From Promethearchaeota archaeon (GTDB lineage Archaea > Asgardarchaeota > Lokiarchaeia > Sigyniarchaeales > SOKP01): DNA of 40,533 nucleotides. The DNA lies in the NCBI GenBank assembly GCA_048940925.1, contig JBHLOC010000043.1:1-40533 (forward strand), in the 5' to 3' direction. The translations under genes and the position numbers were made by a program. Shown here one piece after another: positions 1 through 10,800 of this stretch; the first letter of the stretch is position 1; every line of letters starts with the position of its first letter. The notes beneath the pieces are model-generated. The model saw only the letters and a list, made by a program, of their open reading frames with translations, made no database searches and had not been told where the DNA came from.

Positions 1-1700
1 ATTGCTTGACCTTTAATTTTATGAGGAAAGGGGGCTACAGCAGCTTCAGCAACTTTTGGATGACTAACAAGAGCAGATTCTACTTCCATTGTTCCTATTC
101 GATGTCCTGATACTTTTATAACATCATCCAATCGTCCAAGAATCCAATAGTATCCATCTTCATCTCGACGAGCTCCATCACCAGTATAATAATAACCAGG
201 ATATCTTTCAAGATAGGTTGATTTGAATCTCTCAGTATCACCCCAGACATCTCTCAACATTCCAGGCCAAGGAGTTTGAATTGTTAAATATCCACCTTCA
301 TCTGGTTCAGTTACTTCTTCACCTTCTAAGTCAAATATAACAGGTTTTATACCTAAAAATGGCATGCAACAAGAACCAGGTTTAGTGGGGGTAGCTGTAG
401 CAATGGGGGTCAATATAAATCCCCCAGTTTCAGTCTGCCAATAAGTATCAACTATAGGACACCTGCTTTTTCCCACAACTCTATGATACCATGTCCAAGC
501 TTCCGGATTTATTGGTTCTCCAACAGTTCCTAGAACTTTTATTGAATTTAAGTCGTGTTTTTTAACCGGTTCTTCACCATATCTCATTAAAGCACGAATT
601 GCTGTAGGTGCTGTATAAAAATGGGTCACTTTATGACGTTCAACAATATCCCAAAAGCGATCTACATCTGGATATGTTGGTACCCCTTCGAACATTAAAG
701 ATGTTGCACCGTTTACTAATGGTCCATATACAATATAGGAATGTCCTGTTATCCATCCAATATCAGCAGTGCAATACCATATATCTCCCTCATGATAATT
801 AAAAACGACTCGATGAGTGAATGATGTATAGAGCATATACCCTGCAGTAGTATGTTTTACTCCTTTAGGTTTTCCTGTTGTCCCGCTTGTATATAAGATA
901 AATAGAGTGTCTTCTGAATCCATTACTTCTGATTCACATTCCTCACTCATCCCCTCAATAAAGTCATGGTACCAAATGTCTTTATTGGTATGAGGAATAT
1001 CCCTTCCAGAATGTTGTACAACAATAACATGTTCTATGGTTGGGACATCGTCAATTATTTGGACGACATCCGCCATTTTTGGATAAAATTTTCCAGCTCT
1101 TACTGTTTCATCACTAGTAAAAAGAAGACGCGAATCAGAATCTTCAATTCTATCTTTAACAGCTTCTTTTGAGAATCCTCCAAAAACAATTGAATGTATG
1201 ATGCCAATTCGGGCACATGCCAACATAATTATAGCTAGTTCAGGGATCATGGGTAACCAAATAGTTACTCGATCACCTTTTTTTAAGCCTAAATTCTTCA
1301 TTCCATTTGCCACTTTGCTTACTTCTTTTAGCAGTTTATTGTAGGTGAATTTTCTTACATTTCCCGGTTCATCTGCTTCCCATATCAGAGCGATTTTATC
1401 TCCTTTTCCTGCTTTAACATGTCTGTCTAAAGCATTATAACTTACATTAAGTTTTCCCCCAACAAACCATCTACCAGGAAATAGATCAGTTTTTTCCCAA
1501 ACTTTATCATATAGTTTGAACCAATCTAAAGATTTTGCTTGTTCATCCCAAAAACCTTCTATATCTTCTATTGATTGTTTGTAGAGTTTTTGATATTGTT
1601 CCATTGACATTCCAGTCTTTGCAAATTCTGGATTGAGATCAACTGGATTAAAAATACGATTTTCAGTTAGAATACTTTCCATTCTTTCTTCTTTTGACAT
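1..1700 (-). CDS. acs: AMP-forming acetyl-CoA synthetase (3' end runs off the window)
   Basis: Absent from the ORF track because it has no stop in the window. Manual translation from ATG at 1700 gives MSKEERMESILTENRIF...FWDEQAKSLDW...GGKLNVSYNALDRH...LFILYTSGTTGKPKG, then TVGEPINPEAW, WQTETGG, TGDGARRDEDGYYWILGRLDDVIKVSGHRIG. These are Acs signature motifs. Confidence 0.95.
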   Translation of the reverse strand, partial: MSKEERMESILTENRIFNPVDLNPEFAKTGMSMEQYQKLYKQSIEDIEGFWDEQAKSLDWFKLYDKVWEKTDLFPGRWFVGGKLNVSYNALDRHVKAGKGDKIALIWEADEPGNVRKFTYNKLLKEVSKVANGMKNLGLKKGDRVTIWLPMIPELAIIMLACARIGIIHSIVFGGFSKEAVKDRIEDSDSRLLFTSDETVRAGKFYPKMADVVQIIDDVPTIEHVIVVQHSGRDIPHTNKDIWYHDFIEGMSEECESEVMDSEDTLFILYTSGTTGKPKGVKHTTAGYMLYTSFTHRVVFNYHEGDIWYCTADIGWITGHSYIVYGPLVNGATSLMFEGVPTYPDVDRFWDIVERHKVTHFYTAPTAIRALMRYGEEPVKKHDLNSIKVLGTVGEPINPEAWTWYHRVVGKSRCPIVDTYWQTETGGFILTPIATATPTKPGSCCMPFLGIKPVIFDLEGEEVTEPDEGGYLTIQTPWPGMLRDVWGDTERFKSTYLERYPGYYYTGDGARRDEDGYYWILGRLDDVIKVSGHRIGTMEVESALVSHPKVAEAAVAPFPHKIKGQA

Positions 1701-1947
1701 TATGTTTCACAATTTTGAATTACTTCTTTTTTTGTATCGGTTAATCTTTTTTTTAGTACAAATTTTTTATTTTTTAGACAGGAACTTCTAAGTCAAAAAA
1801 GAATTAAATGAAATTTAAACATTTTATTTATATTTCCAAAATTATTATATGATAGAAAATAGAAATAATAATGGTATTCAATATAAGATATTATGAATAA
1901 TAATTTCTGATAATAATTTATAAATTTATAATGGAGAATATATCTCA

Positions 1948-3840
1948 ATGGATTTTGAATGGAAAGAAAAATGGAAGGAAAAAGAAATTACTGCTAAAGA
2001 AGCAATACAAAAAATAATTTTAGGTAATAGTGTTTTTATAGACTCAGGGTGCTCAGAGCCACAATTATTAACTTCTGAATTAATCAAACAATCGAATACA
2101 TTAATCGATACAGAAATCCTTCATTTTTTAACTATTGGGCCTGAAAAATACTTCAAAGATAAAGCAGAAGATCTTTTTAGACATAATGCTTTTTTTATTG
2201 GAAGAACTCTTCGTGAGGAAATCAATAAAGGACAAGCAGATTATACTCCTATATACGCCAGTGAAATTCCTTCATTAATTTTATCAGGTCGAAAGCATAT
2301 TGACATTGCTTTTATACAAGTAACTCCCCCAGATCCCTATGGTTTCTGCTCATTAGGAATTAATGTAGATATAGCAAAACCAATAGCCCAATCAGCTTAC
2401 CTTACTATTGCTGAGATTAATCCTCAAATGCCTCGTACTTTAGGAAGTAGTTTTATTCATATGAAAGAAATAGATCATTTTGTATATAATGACACACCAT
2501 TATTAGAATTTCATTTTGAGGAACCTGATGAGATTGCTGAACGAATTGGGCAAAATTTAGAAAATTTAGTTGAGAATAATTCAACAATACATATTGGTTT
2601 TGGAGATCTACCAAATGCTATGCTTAAATATCTAGGAGATAAAAAAAATCTTGGAATGCATTCTCATTATATTACTGATAATATTATTCCTCTTATTGAG
2701 GATGGAGTTTTAACTTGTAGGAAAAAGAATTTCCACCCAGAGAAAATTATTACTAGTTTTGCGTTAGGAACTAAAAAACTATATGATTTTGTTGATAACA
2801 ATCCTTACATTGAATTTTATCCTTCTGATTATGTATGTAATCCTAGGTATATTGGTATGAACAAAAGTATGATTTCAATTAATTCTGCTCGTCAAATTGA
2901 TCTGACTGGTCAAGTTAATGCTGCAACAGAAGGTTATAGATTTTATTCTGGTTTTGGGGAGACCATTGATTTTATGAGAGGATCTGCATTTTCTAAGGGT
3001 GGAAAGCCGATTATAATTATGCCTTCAACATCTAGAGACGGTAAAAAATCGCGAATTGTACCTCATTTAGATGAAGGAGCGGGAGTAATGTTATCGCGAG
3101 GGGATGTCTATTATGTCGTCACAGAATGGGGTGTGGCATATCTCCATGGTAAATCAATCAGAGAAAGGGTACTTGAATTGATATGCATAGCACATCCAAA
3201 ATTCCAACAATGGTTATTAGAAGAAGCAAAAAAATTGAATTATGTCTATTCTGACCAGATGCTTGCATGTGACGAGAATGGTAGAATTTGTATTTATCCC
3301 TCTGAATATGAAACTATTTATAAAACCGTAGATAAAGAAAAAATAAGAATTCGCCCCGTAAAAACAACAGATGAGCCTTTATTGAGAGAGTTATATTACT
3401 CATTAAGTGAAAGAGACAGATATTTAAGATTTTTTGGATTAAAAAAGGAATTTACACACTCCAAAACTCAGTTTGAGGTAAATATCGATTATAATAATGT
3501 TTTTTCTATAGGCGCATTTATAGGTGAAATTGGAAATGAAGAAATGATTGGAAATGCGACCTATTATCTAAATCCAAAATTAAACATGGGAGAATATAGT
3601 TTCCTTGTGAGAGAAGATTATCGAGGTAAAGGAGTCGGCGGGTTTCTTTATAAACATATTATTATTATCGCAAGAGAAAAAGGATTAAAAGGACTTTACG
3701 GAAATATCCATATTCAGAATAAAAGTGCCGTAAGAATAATTCAGACAGGTGGATATACTAAAATCACTCCTCCAAGTGATCCTAGTGAAAAAGAACTGTT
3801 TTATGAAGTTTTTTTTGATAAAGAAAATTCTATGGAATAA
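1948..3840 (+). CDS. Acetyl-CoA hydrolase/4-hydroxybutyrate CoA-transferase-like domain fused to a C-terminal Pat-type GNAT acetyltransferase
   Basis: Family I CoA-transferase motifs PPDPYGFCSLG, AEINPQMPRTLG, INSARQIDLTGQV, DFMRG, YVVTEWG. C-terminal IRPVKTTDEPLLRELYYSLSERDRYLRFF...IDY...VREDYRGKGVG is a GNAT domain. Confidence 0.88.
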   Translation: MDFEWKEKWKEKEITAKEAIQKIILGNSVFIDSGCSEPQLLTSELIKQSNTLIDTEILHFLTIGPEKYFKDKAEDLFRHNAFFIGRTLREEINKGQADYTPIYASEIPSLILSGRKHIDIAFIQVTPPDPYGFCSLGINVDIAKPIAQSAYLTIAEINPQMPRTLGSSFIHMKEIDHFVYNDTPLLEFHFEEPDEIAERIGQNLENLVENNSTIHIGFGDLPNAMLKYLGDKKNLGMHSHYITDNIIPLIEDGVLTCRKKNFHPEKIITSFALGTKKLYDFVDNNPYIEFYPSDYVCNPRYIGMNKSMISINSARQIDLTGQVNAATEGYRFYSGFGETIDFMRGSAFSKGGKPIIIMPSTSRDGKKSRIVPHLDEGAGVMLSRGDVYYVVTEWGVAYLHGKSIRERVLELICIAHPKFQQWLLEEAKKLNYVYSDQMLACDENGRICIYPSEYETIYKTVDKEKIRIRPVKTTDEPLLRELYYSLSERDRYLRFFGLKKEFTHSKTQFEVNIDYNNVFSIGAFIGEIGNEEMIGNATYYLNPKLNMGEYSFLVREDYRGKGVGGFLYKHIIIIAREKGLKGLYGNIHIQNKSAVRIIQTGGYTKITPPSDPSEKELFYEVFFDKENSME

Positions 3841-3889
3841 ATAATCAATATTTTTATCTTTTTTCTATAATTACCAAATATGTTGATGT

Positions 3890-4684
3890 ATGAGGTTTAA
3901 GATTACAGACTATCATGTGCATACTAGGCTATATAGTGTAGATGTAGCAGAAGATGGTCCAACTTTTGAAGATTACATAGAAGTTGCTGAAGAACAACAG
4001 ATAAATATTTGTTTTCTTGAGCATTTTGAGCTTTATTATGTCGAAAATGATAAATTCAATCCTTTTTATGATGGAAAAGTTCAGGATTACTTAGAAAAAA
4101 TCGATCAAATAAAAGAAACTTATGATTTTGTATTGGCCGGTTTAGAAGTTGAATATTATAAAGACAAAGAGATTGAGTTATTAGAATTTATGGATGATTA
4201 TGAGAAAGAGTTAGATTTTATCGCGGGGTCTGTCCATGAATGGATTATTGGGTATCCTGTTACTACAAGGGATAGTCTTTTAAATTTCTTGGAGAGAAAA
4301 TCAATGAAGAAGATTATTGATGAATATTTTGAGATATATAAGATGATGATTGACTCAAATATTTTTAAAAATGTATGTCATATCGATACTATCTTTCGCT
4401 ATATTAATGATAATGATTTGAAACCTGAAAATAATTGTGATATTTCAGAAGATCGTGTGATAGAACTTGGTAACCTTTGTATAAATAATAAAATTAAGAT
4501 CGAATACAATTTATCTGGATTGAAATTCCCGATTAAGCGTCCATTTCCTTCAAGAAATGTTGTATCTTCTTTAAAAAAAAATGGAGCTAAATTTTTTGTA
4601 GGGTCTGATTCACACTCTATTGATTATTTTGAAAACCAAATCAATAAGCTTAAAGAAGCCTATAATTTTTTAGGTTTAATTTAA
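3890..4684 (+). CDS. PHP-family phosphatase (histidinol-phosphatase-like)
   Basis: Metal-binding motifs DYHVHT, LEH, GLEVEY, GSVH, HID, GSDSH. Confidence 0.85.
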   Translation: MRFKITDYHVHTRLYSVDVAEDGPTFEDYIEVAEEQQINICFLEHFELYYVENDKFNPFYDGKVQDYLEKIDQIKETYDFVLAGLEVEYYKDKEIELLEFMDDYEKELDFIAGSVHEWIIGYPVTTRDSLLNFLERKSMKKIIDEYFEIYKMMIDSNIFKNVCHIDTIFRYINDNDLKPENNCDISEDRVIELGNLCINNKIKIEYNLSGLKFPIKRPFPSRNVVSSLKKNGAKFFVGSDSHSIDYFENQINKLKEAYNFLGLI

Positions 4685-4707
4685 AATAAGATTGAAATAA
4701 GATTTTA

Positions 4708-5439
4708 ATGGAACTAAAAGAATTTTCACACAAGATAGACAGATGGGATAAGAGAATTATTTTAAGATTTAATGGTATAGGTGGAAAACCTATACTCTAC
4801 ATATTAAAATTTTTCTCATTTTTTGGAAGAGAAACATTATGGATTTTTCTGATTTTTTTTTATTTATTCATCTGGTATGACCCATTTTTATTTTCATATA
4901 TATCTTCTACATTTTTGATTGGATTGTTAATTATCTTAGTGATTAAACAGATTGTAAAAAGAGCAAGACCCTTTGAAAGCTTTAAACAAAATGAACTTAT
5001 TGTTCTTGAAAGAAAACCAACCTCAAGGAGTTTTCCTTCATGGCATTCATACAATATAGTAGCTCATGGACTTTTATTTGGGTTGTTTTTTTTGAGATCT
5101 CCATTAATAACTGTAATAATTATCATAGTTTCTATTATAGTCTCATTTTCTAGGATATATTTAGGTGTTCATTATCCGAGTGATGTGATAGTTGGTTTTT
5201 TCATTGGTATATTTGGATTTTTATTATCAATTTATGTTATTTCTCCAATACTATTAACATTTATCACAAAATTGGAACAATTAATAACATATACTATTCA
5301 ATATCAGAAAATAAATTCTTTATTATATGAAAATATTTGGTATTTCCTCTTATCTTTACTTATTTTCTGTATCATACTTCTTAGTGCAGTGTATAAAAGA
5401 GTATATGAAAGTATTAAAAATAAGTTTCAGAATAATTAA
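4708..5439 (+). CDS. PAP2-family membrane phosphatase
   Basis: KQIVKRARP, SFPSWHS and SRIYLGVHYPSDV motifs; several TM segments. Confidence 0.9.
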   Translation: MELKEFSHKIDRWDKRIILRFNGIGGKPILYILKFFSFFGRETLWIFLIFFYLFIWYDPFLFSYISSTFLIGLLIILVIKQIVKRARPFESFKQNELIVLERKPTSRSFPSWHSYNIVAHGLLFGLFFLRSPLITVIIIIVSIIVSFSRIYLGVHYPSDVIVGFFIGIFGFLLSIYVISPILLTFITKLEQLITYTIQYQKINSLLYENIWYFLLSLLIFCIILLSAVYKRVYESIKNKFQNN

Positions 5440-6677
5440 AGTTTTAAGCTTTTTCTCTTACTAAATAAATCTTTTAACTCATTAAGAACTTGCAGTCTAG
5501 TATTTTGCTGACCTCTTACAGGACTTTGAGCAGGATTAGAAATTTCTAGAGGTAAGCCACTTTGAGCTGCTTGAAATGCTCCCGCTTCTATAGCTCGAAG
5601 TCGATTATCAAGATCATTTAGTTGTGTAGATATACTCTCTGATAGCCGAATTACTGCGTTCATTACTTGTTCTAGTATTTTTCCAAGTCCTTCTACTTTC
5701 CTAACTGTTGGATCAGTTAACGAATAATGCGTACTCATCATATTTTTAATATACTTAGCAAATTGAGGTTCTCTAGAAATTAAGGAATATATGGAAGTAA
5801 GATAGATTTCAACATCGAAATCATAATTCTTACTTTTAAAAAGCTCATTCAAATTATCTTTTAAAAGTTCAATGTTTAAAAGGATTTCTGTATCATCTAC
5901 TATATCCGGATCTACTTTATGAATAAATAAGAGTATGTAAGGCTTTTCCTCTAACATTATAATTGAGTCTAAAATCTTATTTAAGTACTCAAGAGATTCA
6001 TCAAATCTATCAGGATCTTGGACATCAATCACATAAATAAGTAAATCTAGTTCGATAAAATATTGCTCTGGAGTGCTTAAATACCTCTCTCTATACTCTT
6101 CTTGACCTCCAAGGTCCCAGATGAATAATGACAAATTAGAACTTCCAAATTTCATCCTAACTACTCCTTTAGTCGGATGAGTTGCTATAGTTTCGCTAAT
6201 TCCTAAACGTCCTCCAAATTTAGACAAAGTAGCACTTTTTCCTGCGTTGTCCAATCCTGCACATAGTATTTTCTGTTTACCAATCTCGATTCCTTCTTTC
6301 TCTTCTTTAACACTAGCTATAAGTGAGCTTATTGTTATTGTCTTTTTTAATTTACTCTCTAAATCGGGGAATTTATTCTTGAATTCTTCGATTTTATCTT
6401 TTAAACTTTCAGTTAATTCTAAAGATTCGTCTGATTCTTCTATTTGAGTTAAACTTTCAAAAGGGTCCTCTTTATTTAAAGTAGAAGCGTCTTCTATGGT
6501 AGAAACTTCAAATAATTGTTTTATTATTGTTGATTCTTCTTTATCTATAAATTTGAAATCGTGTATTGGTAATTTCAAAACTTCATCTATTGTTTTCAAT
6601 TTATCAATTTTTGTAGATTTAAGGTCTAAAAATTTAGAAACCACTTTGATAAAATTAGAAATCGCATTTGAGGACAT
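5436..6677 (-). CDS. Multidomain small GTPase (Arf/Rag-like) with N-terminal extension and C-terminal coiled coil
   Basis: G1 GLDNAGKS, G2 PTKG, G3 WDLGGQ, G4 HKVD, G5 TSIY; helical tail LSESISTQLNDLDNRLRAIE. Confidence 0.85.
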   Translation of the reverse strand: MSSNAISNFIKVVSKFLDLKSTKIDKLKTIDEVLKLPIHDFKFIDKEESTIIKQLFEVSTIEDASTLNKEDPFESLTQIEESDESLELTESLKDKIEEFKNKFPDLESKLKKTITISSLIASVKEEKEGIEIGKQKILCAGLDNAGKSATLSKFGGRLGISETIATHPTKGVVRMKFGSSNLSLFIWDLGGQEEYRERYLSTPEQYFIELDLLIYVIDVQDPDRFDESLEYLNKILDSIIMLEEKPYILLFIHKVDPDIVDDTEILLNIELLKDNLNELFKSKNYDFDVEIYLTSIYSLISREPQFAKYIKNMMSTHYSLTDPTVRKVEGLGKILEQVMNAVIRLSESISTQLNDLDNRLRAIEAGAFQAAQSGLPLEISNPAQSPVRGQQNTRLQVLNELKDLFSKRKSLKL

Positions 6678-6793
6678 AGTAATTAATGATTTTTCTTTAT
6701 TATTAATAGATACATAATAATTTTTATTATTATTTATTAAACTTTTAAGATCCTAATTAAAAAGATTAAGATTTAAATTTTCACAAGTGAATG

Positions 6794-6841
6794 TTATATA
6801 AACTTAAATATGAAGTATTTTATGTATTTCATACATAAAAT
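6794..6841 (+). promoter_or_regulatory. Putative TATA box and inverted repeat upstream of tfb
   Basis: TTATATAAA at 6794-6802, followed by ATTTTATGTAT-ttc-ATACATAAAAT (6817-6841) with perfect 11-bp arms. Confidence 0.5.
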
Positions 6842-6880
6842 TAACAATTCCAAATTTCTTTCTTCACTATCTTTATAATT

Positions 6881-7804
6881 ATGCCAGCACAGTTCGAAAA
6901 TGATAACTTTTTTGATGAAAATGGAGAAACAGGTTCTCCTTGTTGTGATAATCCTAAGATTAGTGAAGAAGACGGATTTTATGTTTGTTTAAATTGTGGA
7001 TTTGTTCATTCTAGAATACTTGATGATAGTCCTCGCAGAGCTTTTACTCAGGAGGAAATACAAAAAAGAAAGAGTAGTGAAAGAGTGTATAGTCCTATTG
7101 GTCCCAGAACTATTATTCGAGGATCAAGAGATGCTCGTGGTACTTTATTAAGCCCAAAATATAAATCGAAATTTAATCGTTTAGCTAAAATACATCGATC
7201 TTTAACTACTAGTTATGAACGAAATTTATGGATTGCGTTGCCAAACCTACAACGTTTGCAGAAAAGGTTAAGTATCCCTGATGCTGTTGCAGAAGATGCA
7301 CTTCGTATTTATACTCAAACAGTTAAAAAAAAATTAACTATGGGCAGAAGCATCGATACATTATTATCTGCATCTATTTTTGCTGCTTTAAGAGTTCATG
7401 GAATTCCTAGAACTGCTGAAGAAATAACAAAAGTAGCTCAAATTCCAAAAAAGAAGGTCATTAAGAGTTATCGATTAATATTAATGGAAGTTTTACCTAA
7501 ATTAGGCATGAAAGTGAAACATTTCACTGCTGATCGTTATGTTGATAAATTTAATGAAGAATTAAAACTTTCAATGAAATGTCGAAATATAGCTGTTAAA
7601 CTGATTGAAAAAGCTAGAGAAAGTGGATTTAACTCAGCGGGTAAGGATCCAAAAGGTATTGCTGCTGCTGCTATCTATATTGGATCAAAAATCTGCAATG
7701 AAAGCAGAACTCAGAAGGAAATAAGCAAGCTTGCTCAAGTAACCGAGGTAACTCTCCGAATGCGTGTAAAAGACTTACAGAAATATGCCAATGTTGTTGA
7801 ATAA
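6881..7804 (+). CDS. tfb: Transcription initiation factor IIB (TFB) family protein
   Basis: N-terminal Zn ribbon (CC...CLNCG), ERNL, two cyclin repeats, GRS, GKDPKGIAAAAIY, RTQKEI...VTEVTLR. Confidence 0.92.
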   Translation: MPAQFENDNFFDENGETGSPCCDNPKISEEDGFYVCLNCGFVHSRILDDSPRRAFTQEEIQKRKSSERVYSPIGPRTIIRGSRDARGTLLSPKYKSKFNRLAKIHRSLTTSYERNLWIALPNLQRLQKRLSIPDAVAEDALRIYTQTVKKKLTMGRSIDTLLSASIFAALRVHGIPRTAEEITKVAQIPKKKVIKSYRLILMEVLPKLGMKVKHFTADRYVDKFNEELKLSMKCRNIAVKLIEKARESGFNSAGKDPKGIAAAAIYIGSKICNESRTQKEISKLAQVTEVTLRMRVKDLQKYANVVE

Positions 7805-7869
7805 TATATTAAAAAAATATTATATTAATCAGAATAAAACTGACATTAAAATAAAGTTTTAGATACTAA

Positions 7870-10800
7870 TTAATCTTCAATTTCAATTAATCTTTTTTCT
7901 TCTTCAAATAAGGGTAAAATTTCTAGCATTTCTCGAATCTTTGATAAATATATTTCTAATTTATATGTTTTAACATCGAACAGGAATAAGATTAACATAA
8001 TGTAAAAAGTATCTTTAACCAATTCTTTTTTTATACCTAAACTATTGAGAAAATTATCAGTATTAGATTTGACAATTTTTAATGACACTCCTGCTTTCAA
8101 TAATGAGAGTCCATGTAAAAGTATAAGAAGAGAACCTGTGCTTAAATCTTTTCTTTTAGCGAGTGTTTCGGCTAATCTGAGATACTCTAAACCAGCTTCT
8201 TTGTACGTTTTTGAATTTAAAAGATCTAGGATATTTCTGTAGTACCTATTTTTCATTACGTTTCGCTTATTAAAAATATCATCTTTTTCTTGTCTAATAT
8301 CCCCCATTTTTGATTGTATTTTTCCAAAGATTTGATCCATTTCAATTCGAAGTGTTGACAATTTAACAATTTGTTTTCGAGATAACTCCTCTTTTTCTAT
8401 TTCCTCCTTATGCGCTTCTTCGCTTAAAATAGATTTTAAAATTTTAATTTCTGGATCAAATAGTACTAGCTTCTCAATAAGCGAATCTATTATTAAATTT
8501 TTAATAACTAAATCATCTTTTTTTATTGCAGAGAATAAAAATTTCATTATTTGAATTTCTTGGAGAGATCTAAAATCAGTGCCGCTTTTTTTAAGATGCT
8601 TTTCAAAAGTTTCCTCAGCAACTTCGACATTCTTTTCATTAATAAGAATTAATGAACCCATTATTAAGGAAATAGCAGCTTGCTTTAAAAATTTCTTATC
8701 TACTAGTTTTGTAATTGTATCAAGATAGGAGAGAGAAACATTAGTCAATTTATTTTTGGAAATATTTTCTAAAGCAAGTTTCCAATATTGATTCTTCATC
8801 AATTTTCTTCTTGCAACATCTTCTTTTTCTTTTTCAATTGAATCTGCAATTTTTTTAATTTCTCGTTTAATATTTTCAATCTCAGCTATAGTTTCAATTG
8901 TCTTTTCAGGTTTTAATTCCGCTTTATATTCTTTACCTAAAAGGTCATAGAGTACTATTAATTCTTCTTCAAATAAGGGGAGATTTTCAAAATAATGAAG
9001 TGACTCTTTAAATTTAGATTCATCTTGATATTCTTTCACATCACTGATATATTCAATTAAAGTAACTGGATACGTGTCAACAAATAATCTACCCAAACTT
9101 GATAATTCCTTTTTTGTATCATTTAAGAATTTCTTTATATCTATAAACCGGTTTTCTTTTATAAGTAATAAACTAGCTATTGCCAAGCATACACTCGCTA
9201 ATTTATATTTTTTAGTTCTATTGAATTGTATAACTAGTTTCTTATATATTTCTATGGCCTTTTCATAATCCTCATTTTTAATTAATAATAATGCTCCTTC
9301 AAAATATGCTTTTTTTAATGCCTTTCTTTCCTTTAATTCATTATTTTTGTCTAAAAGTGCTTCACGTCCCCGATTTTCAATAATGGATAATTCTTCTTTT
9401 AATGTTTCACCTTTACGCGATTCCTCTACCTTTTTTAATCGAGCAGCTCTTTCTTTTTCTTCAAGGATGGCAATTTTTTCGTGAATTTCTGTTTTATATT
9501 CCTTGTTTGTTATTCTATCATTATAAGATTGAGCATTGGGTAAATCCCCCATTTCAATGTATATTTCTGCAATTTTTTTATATATTTTATTAAATGATAC
9601 TTTTATTTTTTGTTCTTTTTCTAAATAAGAGCTTGAGATTTCTAATACATTTTTTACTAATTCTGTAGCTTTATTGATTCCTGAAATATCTTCTTCTTCC
9701 TCTAAAATTCTAAGTGCTTCCTGTTTAATTACTTTAATAAAAAGCTGACTAATTTCTCTTGATTCATCATAAAACATTAAATTTCTGAAAATTCTATTAG
9801 AATTTTTGAATATTTCTTTATTTCTTTCAAATTTATCTGATTCTTTAATCTCCTTTAAACTTTCTATATAAATCGGGTAAATCCTAATTAAATAGTTTCT
9901 TTTCATAGATATTGATAATTCCTCAAAATAAGTAAAAAATTCTTCAAAATTCTTTCCTTCGAGCAATATATCCAACGATCTTGTTAAAATCTGATCTCTT
10001 ATCTCATCTTTCCCTATCTTTTTAAGGTAATCTGCTTGATGTTTTAAATGTATAGCAGCTTTAATATGACCTTTTTGTTCTATAAGCTTATTAGCTTCTT
10101 TGATTATTTTAGTATTTAATTCAGCAATAATATCTCTCTCAGAATTAGCATAATCTCTTAAAATGTTAATACCCTTGTTTATAATTTCCTCAGTTTCTTT
10201 CTTAAGTTGTTTTTTATATTCATCTTCATATTTAGAACTTAACTTCGTTAAATCTTGTTTTAATTTCAGCGAATCTAGTTTATTTATAAAAACTGTAGCC
10301 ATACCAAAATTGTTTTCCTCTAAAAAAGTGTTAATTAGGGTCTTTAAAGTTGAGTCCAAATTTTTTTTTTCTACTTTATATGACTGCCACATGTTTTCAA
10401 GTTCATCATAAGTGTTTTTAGCTGCAGTTGAATCTTTTTGTTTTACTTGATTTTTAAAAATTTTAATCAAGATATTAGTTAAGCTAAGGGTTAATTTTTT
10501 TAATTCCTCAAAAAGATCTTCTCGCTGATATCTATTTATCGCTCGATATAACTGTTCTCTAGCTAATTCGAAATTATCACTACTTATTAAATACTCTCCT
10601 TCTGCTACAATTTTATCTACAATCTCCCGAAGGATCATGATAATTGTTTTATGTGGTAAGCTTTCAAGAATTCTAAATGCATCCTCCACTTTACATGCAG
10701 AAATCCACGAAGAAACTGATAATCTAAAAGCTTCATCAATAAGAGAATTTTCAATTGATTCAATACTAGACCATTGGGCAGCTTGTTCATACATTCTAGC

